Shown here: one piece after another, positions 50,779-60,347 of the stretch
Layout: every line of letters begins with the position of its first letter
How positions within the stretch are numbered: position 1 is the stretch's first letter
Source: Alphaproteobacteria bacterium
Lineage (GTDB): Bacteria > Pseudomonadota > Alphaproteobacteria > CAAHEQ01 > UBA3637
Length of the DNA: 64,000 nucleotides
Reading direction: 5' to 3'
NCBI GenBank assembly: GCA_015062385.1
Contig: SUUT01000004.1
Coordinates: forward strand, 8,433 to 72,432
The notes under the pieces: generated by a model
The model's input: the letters and a program-made list of their open reading frames with translations, nothing else
Database searches by the model: none
Told to the model about the DNA's origin: nothing
Program-made: the position numbers and the translations under genes

Positions 50779-51564
50779 CTAAATGGAAAAGAACAATTCC
50801 GTCAAAATGTAGTTGAAAATTAAAATTAAAATGCTGGATGAAACAACGGCATTTGTTGTTGCCTGACCAACACCTTGTGCACCGCCTTTTGAGTGGAAAC
50901 CGTTATAACAGCCTAATAGAGTAATAATAAACCCAAAAACAGCGGCTTTTGTTAAACCGGAAATAATATCCATTGGTTTTAAGTATTCCCAAGTACTCAT
51001 CAGATAGGTTGAGGCGTTAAAGTCTAATTTGGAAACACCAATCATATAACCACCGCAAATACCGATAATGTCCCCAATTAATACAAGTATCGGTAACATT
51101 AAAATACCGGAAACAATTCGGGGAACAATTAAATATTTAAAGGGGTTGGTTGATAGCGTGGAAAGTGCATCAATTTGTTCGGTCACACGCATTGTCCCGA
51201 TTTCAGCGGCCATGGCAGCCCCAATTCTTCCGGCAACCATTAATCCAGCCATAACAGGGGCTAATTCTCGGGTGACGGCAACCAAAACAACCATTGCAAC
51301 TGCACCTTCTGCCGAAAATTGAGCAAATCCTGTATATGTTTGTAAAGCAATAACCATGCCGGCAAATAAAGTTGTTAATGCAACAACCGGTAAAGAATAA
51401 AAACCAATCTCTATAAATTGTTTTAAAAACGCTTTACCATAAAATGGTGGTGTAAAACAATGGTATATTGTTTCTAATGCAAATAATCCTAATTCACCGG
51501 CAGATTTTAAAAATGATAAAACCACATGACCTAATTTATTTACAAATTGTAATTCTAATTTCAC
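50779..51564 (-). CDS. mlaE: ABC transporter permease, MlaE-like
   Basis: 261-aa polytopic protein with the MlaE-type ...TRELAPVMAGLMVAGRIGAAMAAEIGTMRVTEQIDAL... segment. Confidence 0.8.
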   Translation of the reverse strand: MKLELQFVNKLGHVVLSFLKSAGELGLFALETIYHCFTPPFYGKAFLKQFIEIGFYSLPVVALTTLFAGMVIALQTYTGFAQFSAEGAVAMVVLVAVTRELAPVMAGLMVAGRIGAAMAAEIGTMRVTEQIDALSTLSTNPFKYLIVPRIVSGILMLPILVLIGDIIGICGGYMIGVSKLDFNASTYLMSTWEYLKPMDIISGLTKAAVFGFIITLLGCYNGFHSKGGAQGVGQATTNAVVSSSILILIFNYILTELFFSI

Positions 51565-51677
51565 GGCTAAACCCTTTCTTACTTTGTTTCAACTATACTC
51601 TGAACAATCAAAAAAAGCAAACAAAAAGTGTGGTATGAAAAAAGGCATTTCGAAATGCCTTTTTAAAAATGAATATA

Positions 51678-53306
51678 TTATGTTCTAACCGAAGGTTCTG
51701 TTCTGCCCGTAAATGTGTAAATATTTGAAAATTGTTTAAATGTTTCTACCAGTGGTTCTATGTATGTAAGTGCATTATGTGTTAACTCAGTTGGGTTTGT
51801 TTCTCGTTTCATATAATAGACCCGTAAAGTTGCTCCGCTACTGCCTGTTCCGGATAAACGCATAAAAATGCGGGCGTTGTCAAACAACACACAATATCCT
51901 TGTCGATGTGCCTGTTCTCCGGTAACGGGGTCGGTATATTCAAATATTCCTGTTTCAGTAATTTTAAAACCATTGATTTCTTTTCCGACAAAAGAAGACA
52001 GATTTTGTTCTAATGCATCAAGCATTTGTTTTGCCTGTTCTGAATCTAAGCCTTCATAACTTTGTGTAGAATTATAAACACGTCCGTATTTTTTCCAAAG
52101 TTCTTCCGTTAGTGTTTGAACAGATTTTCCGGTTAATGCAATAATGTTTAACCAAAATAAAATCGCCCAAATGCCATCTTTTTCGCACAAATGGAATGAT
52201 CCCGAGCCAAAACTTTCTTCTCCGCACAATGTGATTTTTTGTGTTTCTAAAAGTGAACTGAAAAATTTCCAACCGGTAGGTGTTGCATATACCGGTAGAT
52301 TTTTTGCTTTTAAAACATAGTCAACAGCATTAGCTGTCGGCATGGAGCGAGCTACCCCGTACATTTTTCCTTGATAGAACGGGATTTTGTCGGCATATTC
52401 TGTTAAAATGGCTAAACTGTCGGCCGGAGAAACGAAAAATCGATTGCCTAAAATCATATAACGGTCACCATCCCCATCGGAGGCAGCTCCAAAATCAGGT
52501 GCATCGGGAGCATACATTTTATCGACCAGTTCTTTGGCATATGTCAGATTTGGTTCGGGATGTAATCCACCAAAATCCGGAAGGGGATTAGCATTTTGAA
52601 CGCAGTTTTTGGGAGCTCCGAGCATTTCTTCAAAAATACGTTTAGCATAGGGACCGGTAACCGCATTCATCGCATCATATATCATTGTAAAGCCATTTTG
52701 AAATAATGAGCGAATGGCATCGAAATCAAAAATTGTTTCCATGTATTGAGCATAATCATCAATAGAATCGACAATCTCAATAATCGTTGTTCCAAAGGAT
52801 TGTTCTCCGATTTTGGATAAATCAATATCTGGCATATTGCAAGACCAATAATGATCAATTGTTTTTGATTTTTCTGAGATAATATCAGTTAAATTTTGTG
52901 GAGCAGGGGCTCCTTGTTCTGTATCATATTTAATGCCAAAATCACCGTTTGGTCCACCGGGATTGTGGCTTGCCGATAAAATAATACCGCCGAATGCTTT
53001 GCGTTTAACGATTAAATGAGAAGCTGCCGGTGTTGATAAAATACCGTTTTGACCGATAATCAGTCTGCCAAATTGATTCGCAATGGCAATTTTGATAATG
53101 GATTGAATTGCCTGAGCGTTAAAATATCTGCCGTCACCGCCGATAACAAGTGTTTGCCCTTCAAATCCGGTTAAAGAATTAAAAATTGATTGTACAAAAT
53201 TTTCTAAATAATTCGGTTGTTTAAAAACAGATACTTTTTTACGTAACCCCGATGTTCCGCAAACTTGATCGGTATATGGTTGCGTTTTAATTGTACAAAT
53301 TTCCAT
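51678..53306 (-). CDS. pgm: Phosphoglucomutase (alpha-D-glucose-phosphate specific)
   Basis: 542 aa. Active-site SASHNPGGPNGDFGIKY, metal loop ASDGDGDR and sugar loop GEESFG. Confidence 0.92.
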   Translation of the reverse strand: MEICTIKTQPYTDQVCGTSGLRKKVSVFKQPNYLENFVQSIFNSLTGFEGQTLVIGGDGRYFNAQAIQSIIKIAIANQFGRLIIGQNGILSTPAASHLIVKRKAFGGIILSASHNPGGPNGDFGIKYDTEQGAPAPQNLTDIISEKSKTIDHYWSCNMPDIDLSKIGEQSFGTTIIEIVDSIDDYAQYMETIFDFDAIRSLFQNGFTMIYDAMNAVTGPYAKRIFEEMLGAPKNCVQNANPLPDFGGLHPEPNLTYAKELVDKMYAPDAPDFGAASDGDGDRYMILGNRFFVSPADSLAILTEYADKIPFYQGKMYGVARSMPTANAVDYVLKAKNLPVYATPTGWKFFSSLLETQKITLCGEESFGSGSFHLCEKDGIWAILFWLNIIALTGKSVQTLTEELWKKYGRVYNSTQSYEGLDSEQAKQMLDALEQNLSSFVGKEINGFKITETGIFEYTDPVTGEQAHRQGYCVLFDNARIFMRLSGTGSSGATLRVYYMKRETNPTELTHNALTYIEPLVETFKQFSNIYTFTGRTEPSVRT

Positions 53307-53356
53307 TTGTTGTCTCCCCCAATATTTTAATGATAATAAAAAGTATTTCTTTTATA

Positions 53357-54151
53357 TCATTTGTTCATGGGGTTATCAAGAGTTTTTGAAAAAATATTTT
53401 CCATTAGGGCCAAAACTTCTTGTTTTGCAGCGTTTGCAGAAACAGAGGTCGGCATATTTAACCCGTTTTCTTTTAAATCCATCATTGTGAGCCCTTTTAA
53501 AAAGAGTTCACGGAATACGACACGTTCAGATATACCGCTAGAAAGTGTATAGTGAATTCGTCTGGAAAGTGCGTTAAGTAAAACACTCATTAATTGAGAG
53601 TTTTTACTTTTGCTGTATGTTTGACGATTACGGACAACAATCCAGTTTAAAGGCGGTTTTCGTTCAATCATTCGTTGTTGACGTGTTGACCAAACAACTT
53701 GTGAAAAATGACTGGGACCTTTTATTTTTAAAGAGTTGGTATCTACTTGTGCCAGTACATCTAAATCTACTAAACTATCATTAATCGGTGTAATTAAAGT
53801 ATCTGCCAAAACCATTGCTTCTTGTGCAATGTCGTTAGAAGCCCCAGGTGTATCAATAATAATAAAATCCACCTTGTCTTTTACTTTATCAATTTCCCCA
53901 CGGATTGTATAGATTCGGGCAATATCTTCATTCCAAAGTGTATGTTGGGACATCGGTAAGGGTAAACCCATATCTTTGCGAAAAGCTTCTCGGTTATCAA
54001 TATAATGAGATAGAGAACCTTGTGGATAATCCAAGTCAAAAGAGGCAACTGTTTTTCCTAAACGAAGTAATCCGACAATGACGTGCATTGCAAGTGTTGA
54101 TTTACCTGTTCCGCCTTTTTCATTGGCAAAGACAATAATTTTTGCTGACAT
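53357..54151 (-). CDS. mipZ: ParA/MinD-superfamily ATPase, MipZ-like
   Basis: Deviant Walker A NEKGGTGKST. The protein is collinear with my memory of Caulobacter MipZ (IIDTPG..., VVRNR..., RVVFRELF...GLT..DL). Confidence 0.6.
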   Translation of the reverse strand: MSAKIIVFANEKGGTGKSTLAMHVIVGLLRLGKTVASFDLDYPQGSLSHYIDNREAFRKDMGLPLPMSQHTLWNEDIARIYTIRGEIDKVKDKVDFIIIDTPGASNDIAQEAMVLADTLITPINDSLVDLDVLAQVDTNSLKIKGPSHFSQVVWSTRQQRMIERKPPLNWIVVRNRQTYSKSKNSQLMSVLLNALSRRIHYTLSSGISERVVFRELFLKGLTMMDLKENGLNMPTSVSANAAKQEVLALMENIFSKTLDNPMNK

Positions 54152-54644
54152 ATGAATCCTTTTATTGTAAATTTGGTTTTTAATTTTGAACTATATTTAT
54201 TTATAATACTTCATTTTTTGTTTTTTGTCAAGTCATTTTGCCGATAATAGCATGTGTTTTGTTTAATTTTTCCTTGTTTAAATAAATTTGTTAACTTTTT
54301 AGTAAAACGGATAAAGAAACACAGACCGGTAGATGTGAAAAAAGGAAAGATTTTTTGTTTGTTGCAGGTATATAGAATTCTTGTGGTGTCACTTGACACC
54401 GAGGGACTTTGACAAGAAAAAGATGAATTGATATAATGCAAATGTAACAATAACAGGAGAAGTAAAATGATAATTAATTTAGTACGATTAATAGAAGTAT
54501 TAAGTGCCAAAAGGAGTAGGCTTTATAAGATCGGCGTAATTTCGTATTCATTTAAGTTGAGCCGGGAAGGAGCTGAACGACTGGTAGATAAATATGGGGC
54601 AAATACGGTATTTAGACCGGAACAGCCGGATTAATCGGAAATAT

Positions 54645-55140
54645 GGTACAGATTAACATTCACAACAATATGATACAATAAATGACGTTGACGTTTTGAA
54701 TAAAACAATGTTGCAACTTGACATTCAAAACCAATATGATACAATATTCGCCAAGTTCTTCTTTTGTAGCCTTTAGTTGCAACTTGACATTCAAAACCAA
54801 TATGATACAATTTAATGAAAAATATGTTGTTATGCCTTCAGTTGCAACTTGACATTCAAAACCAATATGATACAATAAATTTATTGAAGAATACAAGGAG
54901 TATTTGGTTGCAACTTGACATTCAAAACCAATATGATACAATTGACGACGCAAACGTTTTAAACGAAACGATGTTGCAACTTGACATTCAAAACCAATAT
55001 GATACAATCCAGTTAATTGAAAAGTACGAGGATTTAAAGTTGCAACTTGACATTCAAAACCAATATGATACAATCAGTGGAATTTATTTGCGTTTGAATT
55101 TTCTGTTGCAACTTGACATTCAAAACCAATATGATACAAT
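54645..55140 (+). CRISPR. CRISPR array: 7 identical 36-bp repeats plus 1 degenerate terminal repeat, 7 spacers of 29-30 bp
   Basis: The repeat is GTTGCAACTTGACATTCAAAACCAATATGATACAAT. Copies lie at 54710-54745, 54776-54811, 54841-54876, 54907-54942, 54973-55008, 55039-55074 and 55105-55140. The degenerate copy is at 54645-54679. Orientation is set by the tracrRNA anti-repeat and terminator. Confidence 0.97.
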
Positions 55141-55369
55141 ACATCCGAATAAATGGTTGAAAAAACGATTCATTTTTCGGATGCATTGTTTAAAAAATGA
55201 TCTTTTTAAGCATGAATTTTGGGGCATTTTGGCATTTTTTTTAGGTGTTTTTTACGTTGTTTTTCTATCAAAACGATTCATTTTTTTACTTGATTCGCAT
55301 TTTTTTGAGCACAAAACCGAAAAAATTGCCCATTTTTTTTTAGAAAATTATAAAAAAAATAAAATTATT

Positions 55370-55705
55370 TTAAAATAATTCAAATTGATCCGGATGTTTT
55401 TTACGTGTTTTTGCAATGCGATTTTGAATATGAATAATATTTGCAAATTGTTTGTCCGTAAAAAACAAAATGTTAATATCCCCATAGGCCGGATTATTGC
55501 GTTGAATTGCTCGTATAAATTTTTGCGAATTTTCTTGTGTCCCCGTAAATTGAACGTAAACAGAAAATTGCACCATTTCAAAGCCCTCATCCAGTAAAAA
55601 TTTTCTAAATTTTGTTGCCGATTTTCGTTGTGCTGCCGTTTCTGTCGGCAAATCAAACATGACCATCATCCACATAAGTTTTCGTCCGTTGATTCGGTTA
55701 GTCAT
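55370..55705 (-). CDS. cas2: CRISPR-associated endoribonuclease Cas2
   Basis: ~111 aa from the ATG at 55705 (AAGGA RBS), overlapping the cas1 stop by 8 nt. ...MVMFDLPTETAAQRKSATKFRKFLLDEGFEMVQFSVY is the Cas2 ferredoxin-fold start. Confidence 0.85.
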   Translation of the reverse strand: MTNRINGRKLMWMMVMFDLPTETAAQRKSATKFRKFLLDEGFEMVQFSVYVQFTGTQENSQKFIRAIQRNNPAYGDINILFFTDKQFANIIHIQNRIAKTRKKHPDQFELF

Positions 55706-56603
55706 TTCTATCATCCTTAAACAAATAAGGAGAAAAATTAAATTCAATATTTTGTGTTTTATAAATATGAATCAAATCCCATACACATTGTTGCAAAAGC
55801 ATATAGAGCGGAGACGAACCACTCATTGTGGCATATTCTTTTGTCAGTAATCCCGCAAATGCAGCTTTGTGTGTTGATGTTAATTCGGTTAACGATTCGT
55901 TGTTTAATAAAAGTTTATATACCGTTGCATCCACAATTGGTCTAAATGGTTCAATTAAATCATCTACCAAACAAAACGGATTAAGTTTATTATGATGTTC
56001 TATGCCATAAGCCGGATTTAGCCCCGCTGCAACAACATATCGGGCAAGTGCTGCCCGAATAACGGCATACCCGTAATTTAAAAAAGCATTGATTCCGTCT
56101 GAATCTCGGTTTCTGACAAAATTATTGCCGAATAATGATTTAAAATATAATTTTGCAGCGTATCCTTCTTTGTTGTCCGTATCTCCGGATAAAACAAAAT
56201 GATGTAAATTGGTTAACGGATTTTCTTTTTCAAATAGTTGTAAAACCCGAGATTGGTTTTTGATTTTTTCCTGAATAATTCTTTGCCACACTTTTTTATA
56301 AAGCGGTTTTTTTTGTTCTATTTGTAAATATTGAATTTCCGTTTGTCGTACATGACCGATAAAGGACAGTAACATGCCACTAGGCAAATAATTGTGTCCT
56401 AAAATAATGAGGGGAATACTTTCTTCGCATAGTCGTTGAAGCAGATTTTGTGTATAGACAATTTGATGTGCCGTTATAATTAAGGCACAAATATGATTAA
56501 AGGGAACGTCAGAAACGTTCCCCTCTCTTTCAATACGTAAAAAACCACGATAAGCTGATAGTTTTTGATTGTTGGTTGCAATTTCTATAATTCTATTGGG
56601 CAT
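55698..56603 (-). CDS. cas1: CRISPR-associated integrase Cas1 (type II)
   Basis: 301 aa from the ATG at 56603 (GGGAG RBS), overlapping the cas9 stop by 11 nt. ...NAFLNYGYAVIRAALARYVVAAGLNPAYGIEHH is the Cas1 catalytic region. Confidence 0.9.
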   Translation of the reverse strand: MPNRIIEIATNNQKLSAYRGFLRIEREGNVSDVPFNHICALIITAHQIVYTQNLLQRLCEESIPLIILGHNYLPSGMLLSFIGHVRQTEIQYLQIEQKKPLYKKVWQRIIQEKIKNQSRVLQLFEKENPLTNLHHFVLSGDTDNKEGYAAKLYFKSLFGNNFVRNRDSDGINAFLNYGYAVIRAALARYVVAAGLNPAYGIEHHNKLNPFCLVDDLIEPFRPIVDATVYKLLLNNESLTELTSTHKAAFAGLLTKEYATMSGSSPLYMLLQQCVWDLIHIYKTQNIEFNFSPYLFKDDRND

Positions 56604-59600
56604 GTGATATTCTCCCTGTTGGTGAAATGAAAACTTGTTTGGCTTGATATTTTTGCAAGGATTGGGCACTGGAACACCACGATTTTGAGTCTGCTTCTTC
56701 TTTTGCAATGTTATGGGGAATAATATAAATACGACCATCACTGGAAATCTTCTTTACTCTAAATAAAACTTCTGTTCTTTCCAATAACGGATTTTGAGTA
56801 AAGATTTGACGGACATAATTTTGAATGCCTTTGGGGAAATCTTCCTGATAGGCTTGTTCTTTTGTAAAGAAGCCCAAAACCATGTCATTGCGTTTTAAGC
56901 ACATGATTCGTTTTGCGTTCGGATATCGGTTTTTCCAGTAAAAAATGTTTTCATTACGGGATGTCCGAATGGTTGCGTTATAATTAGAAATAATTTCACT
57001 TTTCCACTCGCCGGCATCTTTTGTCGGAACACCGTTTATTTTGTTAGTCGGATTAATTTGATAAATTTCAGCACAAAAATTACCTCCGCCGACAAACCAT
57101 TTGAACGCCTTTGTTGCAGCTATTCTTAAATTTTGTACAGCCGTTGCTTCTTGTATCATTAATGCTTTTTTAATGGCTTTTTCAGCGGATGTTTTAGCAT
57201 TTAAATATTTTGCTTTTCGTTCTATTATAAACCAGTTTTTATACGCATCGTAATAGGCTTGTTTATCTTCTTTTGTATAAAATATCGGAATATATTCCGT
57301 AATGTCTTTTTCTACGATTTTTTTGTTTGAACCATTACCGGTTTTAAAACGGGCGGTTAAGGAATTTTCATCAATAAACGATTTTAATCCGTAAGCCGTA
57401 TCTTCATGTAGTTGACCGACAGTTGCATTTCTATCTGAAACATTTTTGAGTTTGGGTTTGTGCGAAATAGAAATATTTTGTACTTGATTGAGTATTTCTG
57501 ATATACTCAATGTTGACGGCATAGGAATGTATTGTTTAATAATTGCAGCTTCCCGTTCTTTAACAAAATCTTTGATGCGGGTTCGTAAGTTTTCTTTTTC
57601 CTCTTTTGAAACAGATGAATCTTTAAATTTATAAAATTCATCTTTAAATTCTTCAATGGCAGAATATCGTACATTTTTCAGTTGATGTGCCGTATTGTTT
57701 ATTTGTCCACGGTCAATGGTTGCAACAATTATAGCATCTATGGCATGATGATTATGATAAGACCGATATTCTTCGGCTTCTTCTTTGTTTTTATATTGAT
57801 TTAATCCCCAAGACTTGCGAATCATAGCCGTAAGTTGTCCGACAACGGCTTGCACTGTTTTTTTACCGTCTTCACGCACAATCGGTAATAAGTAATCTTG
57901 GAGTAGGCGTGTCATATAACGGGTGTCATTTAGTGAACGAGCAATCGGACCTTCTTTTTCTTCAAATTTTGCCATAGCATTTTTGCTAAATCGCCATTGT
58001 TGTTCCAGACTTAATTTTTTGACTCTACGTTGAATGTCGGCCCATGTAATTTTAGGGGCGTACGTATCATCATGAAAGGCTTCAAACGGTGTTCTGTTGG
58101 CTTTTATTTTATTTGCCCATGCCGAAGCAATGACTTTATTATGAATGGAATTATCCAAACTGCGGGAGAACGGAATCAAATGTTCAATTTGAAACCGATC
58201 GCCGTTCATTAAATCAGCTACTGATATCTTTTCGCCGGTAAAAGGACACTCCCGACAATTAAGCGGATTTTCTCCTTTGGGTGTTCCCAGCGTTTTCCAA
58301 ATTTTGTATTTTTCAATATCCCGTTTTGTCCATGCACGATTTTCTATTTTTTCATTTAATTCTTGTAAAATACGCTGGTTTTCCAGTTCGTTTTTATCAC
58401 GAGTATCAGACAATTTTTTGCGTTCTTCCGTTGAAGCATTTAAATCACGGGCATATTCAATGGAAATGTCAAACGGTTTTCCGTATCTGTGGATTAATTC
58501 ATTAACCAAATGCCGAATTTGATTTAAGGCCACATGAACGGTTGCATTATTGATTTTGCCATATTTTTCTTCCGGTGTTTTTGGATTATTTTTTTGCCCG
58601 ATACAACTTTGTGCCAATATTTCACCATAATAGGGCAAAGTATTTAAACTCGTATGATTTTTAAAACTATGATGATATCCGACTTCTTTACAGGCAACGT
58701 CATAAGGCATTCCCAATTTCATTGCTGAAACAATTTTATTTAATGCTTTTTCGGATAAGGAACCATATCCGTCTTCTAAATCTACATCATATAAAAGAGC
58801 GGTTGCTGCTGATGTTGAAAAGGAAAATGTTGAGCACAAATATTGGATAATCAGTTTATCTTGTTGCTCTATGGAGAGTGTTTTAGGAAAATCAATGTAT
58901 TCGGTTGGTCGGCTCAATACTTTTATGATTGTTTCTTTTTGTGAAACAGTTAATTGTTTCCATTCTTCGTAAACAATCGGAACCATCCCGATGGCGTGTT
59001 CCGTTGTGTCAACATAGATACCTTTTGTATTGGTATCCACAGAACCGGATTTGCGTTCAAAATTAAAAAGACCTTTTTTATCTAATCCTAGTAATTTTTT
59101 AATGGAACTATATGTTAAAATCGGCTGTTTTGTTTTAACGTACTCTGTCGGATTTTTAAGAATGTGAATTAATTTTTCTATTTGTTGTTTGGTAAGACCT
59201 TCGTATTCAGATGATGTTTCCGGAGCAAAAGTTAAATTTAAAATGTGTTGCCACATGCGGTGTTCCTGAAAAAGCGGATGTGCTTTTGCAATACGTCTTT
59301 CCTTTGGTTCAAACGGGCAAAAGCCTTCTTCCGCTTCTTTAAGCGGTCGTTGAAAAAACAAAATATTTTCTATTTTTTCCCGAACTTCCGGTGTTAATAG
59401 TTGTGGATAAAATTCTCGCTGTTTATCAAAAATTTTATAAAATTCTTCTTTATAGAGCTCCCGAAACGGAAATTCCGCACCGATAAATTTACCGAAGGCA
59501 TCAAATGTATTTTTTAGCCGAATCGGTTGATTGGGCTTTTCTTGATGACACAAATATAAATATTCGCCATAGGTACGGGCATTTAATGTTTTTATTTTTT

Positions 59601-60042
59601 CTTGTAACAGACAGTACCCCTCTTTTAATTTTCCGCCTTCTTCTTTGTTGTCCTTTCGATTGGATAGAAATCCTTTTCTTTGTACTAAATGAAAAAAGAT
59701 CCGTCCCAACTCGTAACAATCAACCTTTTTATCCAAAGCTAGGACACGCAGTAAATATGGATTAAGGGATTTTAAATTTTGTTGTTCCATACGAGATTGC
59801 GGAAACAAACCAAGTTCAACCAATGTTTTTAACAAAAATTGTTTTTGAATATGTTTGCGGGTTTGTAATTTTCGAGCTCCTCTTGCCATACGGCGTTTTA
59901 CACAAAGGGATGCTTTTGTTTTGTCATCTCGTCCGTCATCAAAAATACGGACACCGGTATCAATCAAATTCATGTTATCAATATCATATACTGCCCATCC
60001 GATTGATGTTGCCCCCATATCTAAACCTAATCTATATTTCAT
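56593..60042 (-). CDS. cas9: Cas9 (type II-C architecture, ~1149 aa)
   Basis: RuvC-I MKYRLGLDMGATSIGWAV, HNH IEHLIPFSRSLDNSIHNKVIASAWANKIKANRTP and RuvC-III HHAIDAIIVA. There is no csn2 or cas4 in the locus. The ATG at 60042 is more plausible than the track start at 60108. Confidence 0.93.
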   Translation of the reverse strand: MKYRLGLDMGATSIGWAVYDIDNMNLIDTGVRIFDDGRDDKTKASLCVKRRMARGARKLQTRKHIQKQFLLKTLVELGLFPQSRMEQQNLKSLNPYLLRVLALDKKVDCYELGRIFFHLVQRKGFLSNRKDNKEEGGKLKEGYCLLQEKIKTLNARTYGEYLYLCHQEKPNQPIRLKNTFDAFGKFIGAEFPFRELYKEEFYKIFDKQREFYPQLLTPEVREKIENILFFQRPLKEAEEGFCPFEPKERRIAKAHPLFQEHRMWQHILNLTFAPETSSEYEGLTKQQIEKLIHILKNPTEYVKTKQPILTYSSIKKLLGLDKKGLFNFERKSGSVDTNTKGIYVDTTEHAIGMVPIVYEEWKQLTVSQKETIIKVLSRPTEYIDFPKTLSIEQQDKLIIQYLCSTFSFSTSAATALLYDVDLEDGYGSLSEKALNKIVSAMKLGMPYDVACKEVGYHHSFKNHTSLNTLPYYGEILAQSCIGQKNNPKTPEEKYGKINNATVHVALNQIRHLVNELIHRYGKPFDISIEYARDLNASTEERKKLSDTRDKNELENQRILQELNEKIENRAWTKRDIEKYKIWKTLGTPKGENPLNCRECPFTGEKISVADLMNGDRFQIEHLIPFSRSLDNSIHNKVIASAWANKIKANRTPFEAFHDDTYAPKITWADIQRRVKKLSLEQQWRFSKNAMAKFEEKEGPIARSLNDTRYMTRLLQDYLLPIVREDGKKTVQAVVGQLTAMIRKSWGLNQYKNKEEAEEYRSYHNHHAIDAIIVATIDRGQINNTAHQLKNVRYSAIEEFKDEFYKFKDSSVSKEEKENLRTRIKDFVKEREAAIIKQYIPMPSTLSISEILNQVQNISISHKPKLKNVSDRNATVGQLHEDTAYGLKSFIDENSLTARFKTGNGSNKKIVEKDITEYIPIFYTKEDKQAYYDAYKNWFIIERKAKYLNAKTSAEKAIKKALMIQEATAVQNLRIAATKAFKWFVGGGNFCAEIYQINPTNKINGVPTKDAGEWKSEIISNYNATIRTSRNENIFYWKNRYPNAKRIMCLKRNDMVLGFFTKEQAYQEDFPKGIQNYVRQIFTQNPLLERTEVLFRVKKISSDGRIYIIPHNIAKEEADSKSWCSSAQSLQKYQAKQVFISPTGRISHAQ

Positions 60043-60109
60043 TTTTATACCTTTCATCAAAAAATTAAATAATATTTTATGTGTATCATACTTTTTTACT
60101 AAAAACAAG

Positions 60110-60138
60110 TTGACAAATTATGAAAAATAGGGCATAGT
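60110..60138 (+). promoter_or_regulatory. Candidate promoter of tracrRNA
   Basis: TTGACA (60110-60115), 17-nt spacer, CATAGT (60133-60138). Divergent from cas9. Confidence 0.45.
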
Positions 60139-60145
60139 GTTTTTA

Positions 60146-60249
60146 TCGAAACTTTTTAGTGACAACAAAAATTGGTTTTGAATGTCAAGTTGCTAATAAG
60201 AAATTTATTTCGATATTAAACGCCTTTACTTCGGTAAGGGCGTTTTTTT
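60146..60249 (+). ncRNA. tracrRNA
   Basis: The anti-repeat ATTGGTTTTGAATGTCAAGTTGC (60171-60193) is the perfect reverse complement of repeat positions 4-26. It is followed by an AT-rich linker and a terminator hairpin CGCCTTTAC-TTCG-GTAAGGGCG plus T7 (60221-60249). The 5' end is inferred from the promoter only. Confidence 0.8.
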
Positions 60250-60347
60250 ATGATAAAAATAAAAAAATGATAACGAGTTCTTGCATTTTGAAAAAAAGTG
60301 ACTATATGTGTATGCACTAGGTGCATCATTTAGAATAAGGATTAAAA

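Noticed and set aside
54211-54510. ORF 54211-54510 (-), and AT-rich intergenic ORFs such as 39256-39468, 40569-40763, 42667-42927, 20253-20438, 30461-30686 and 34031-34213.
   Set aside because: They are low-complexity Leu/Ile/Lys/Phe-rich peptides in promoter or terminator regions, without RBS or recognisable domains.
54660-55378. Track ORFs 54660-55073 (-) and 54815-55378 (+), with internally repetitive peptides (YHIGFECQVAT / LQLDIQNQYDTI).
   Set aside because: They are translations of the CRISPR repeats. The periodicity comes from the 36-bp repeat, not from a protein.
56604-60108. N-terminal extensions of track ORFs for cas9 (to 60108), cas1 (to 56741), cas2 (to 55747), ileS (to 46843), the DUF2924 gene (to 20134) and the island-2 MTase (to 28928).
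   Set aside because: Internal ATGs with good RBS motifs give N-termini that match the family consensus, for example MKYRLGLDMGATSIGW for Cas9. The extensions overlap upstream genes or promoters.
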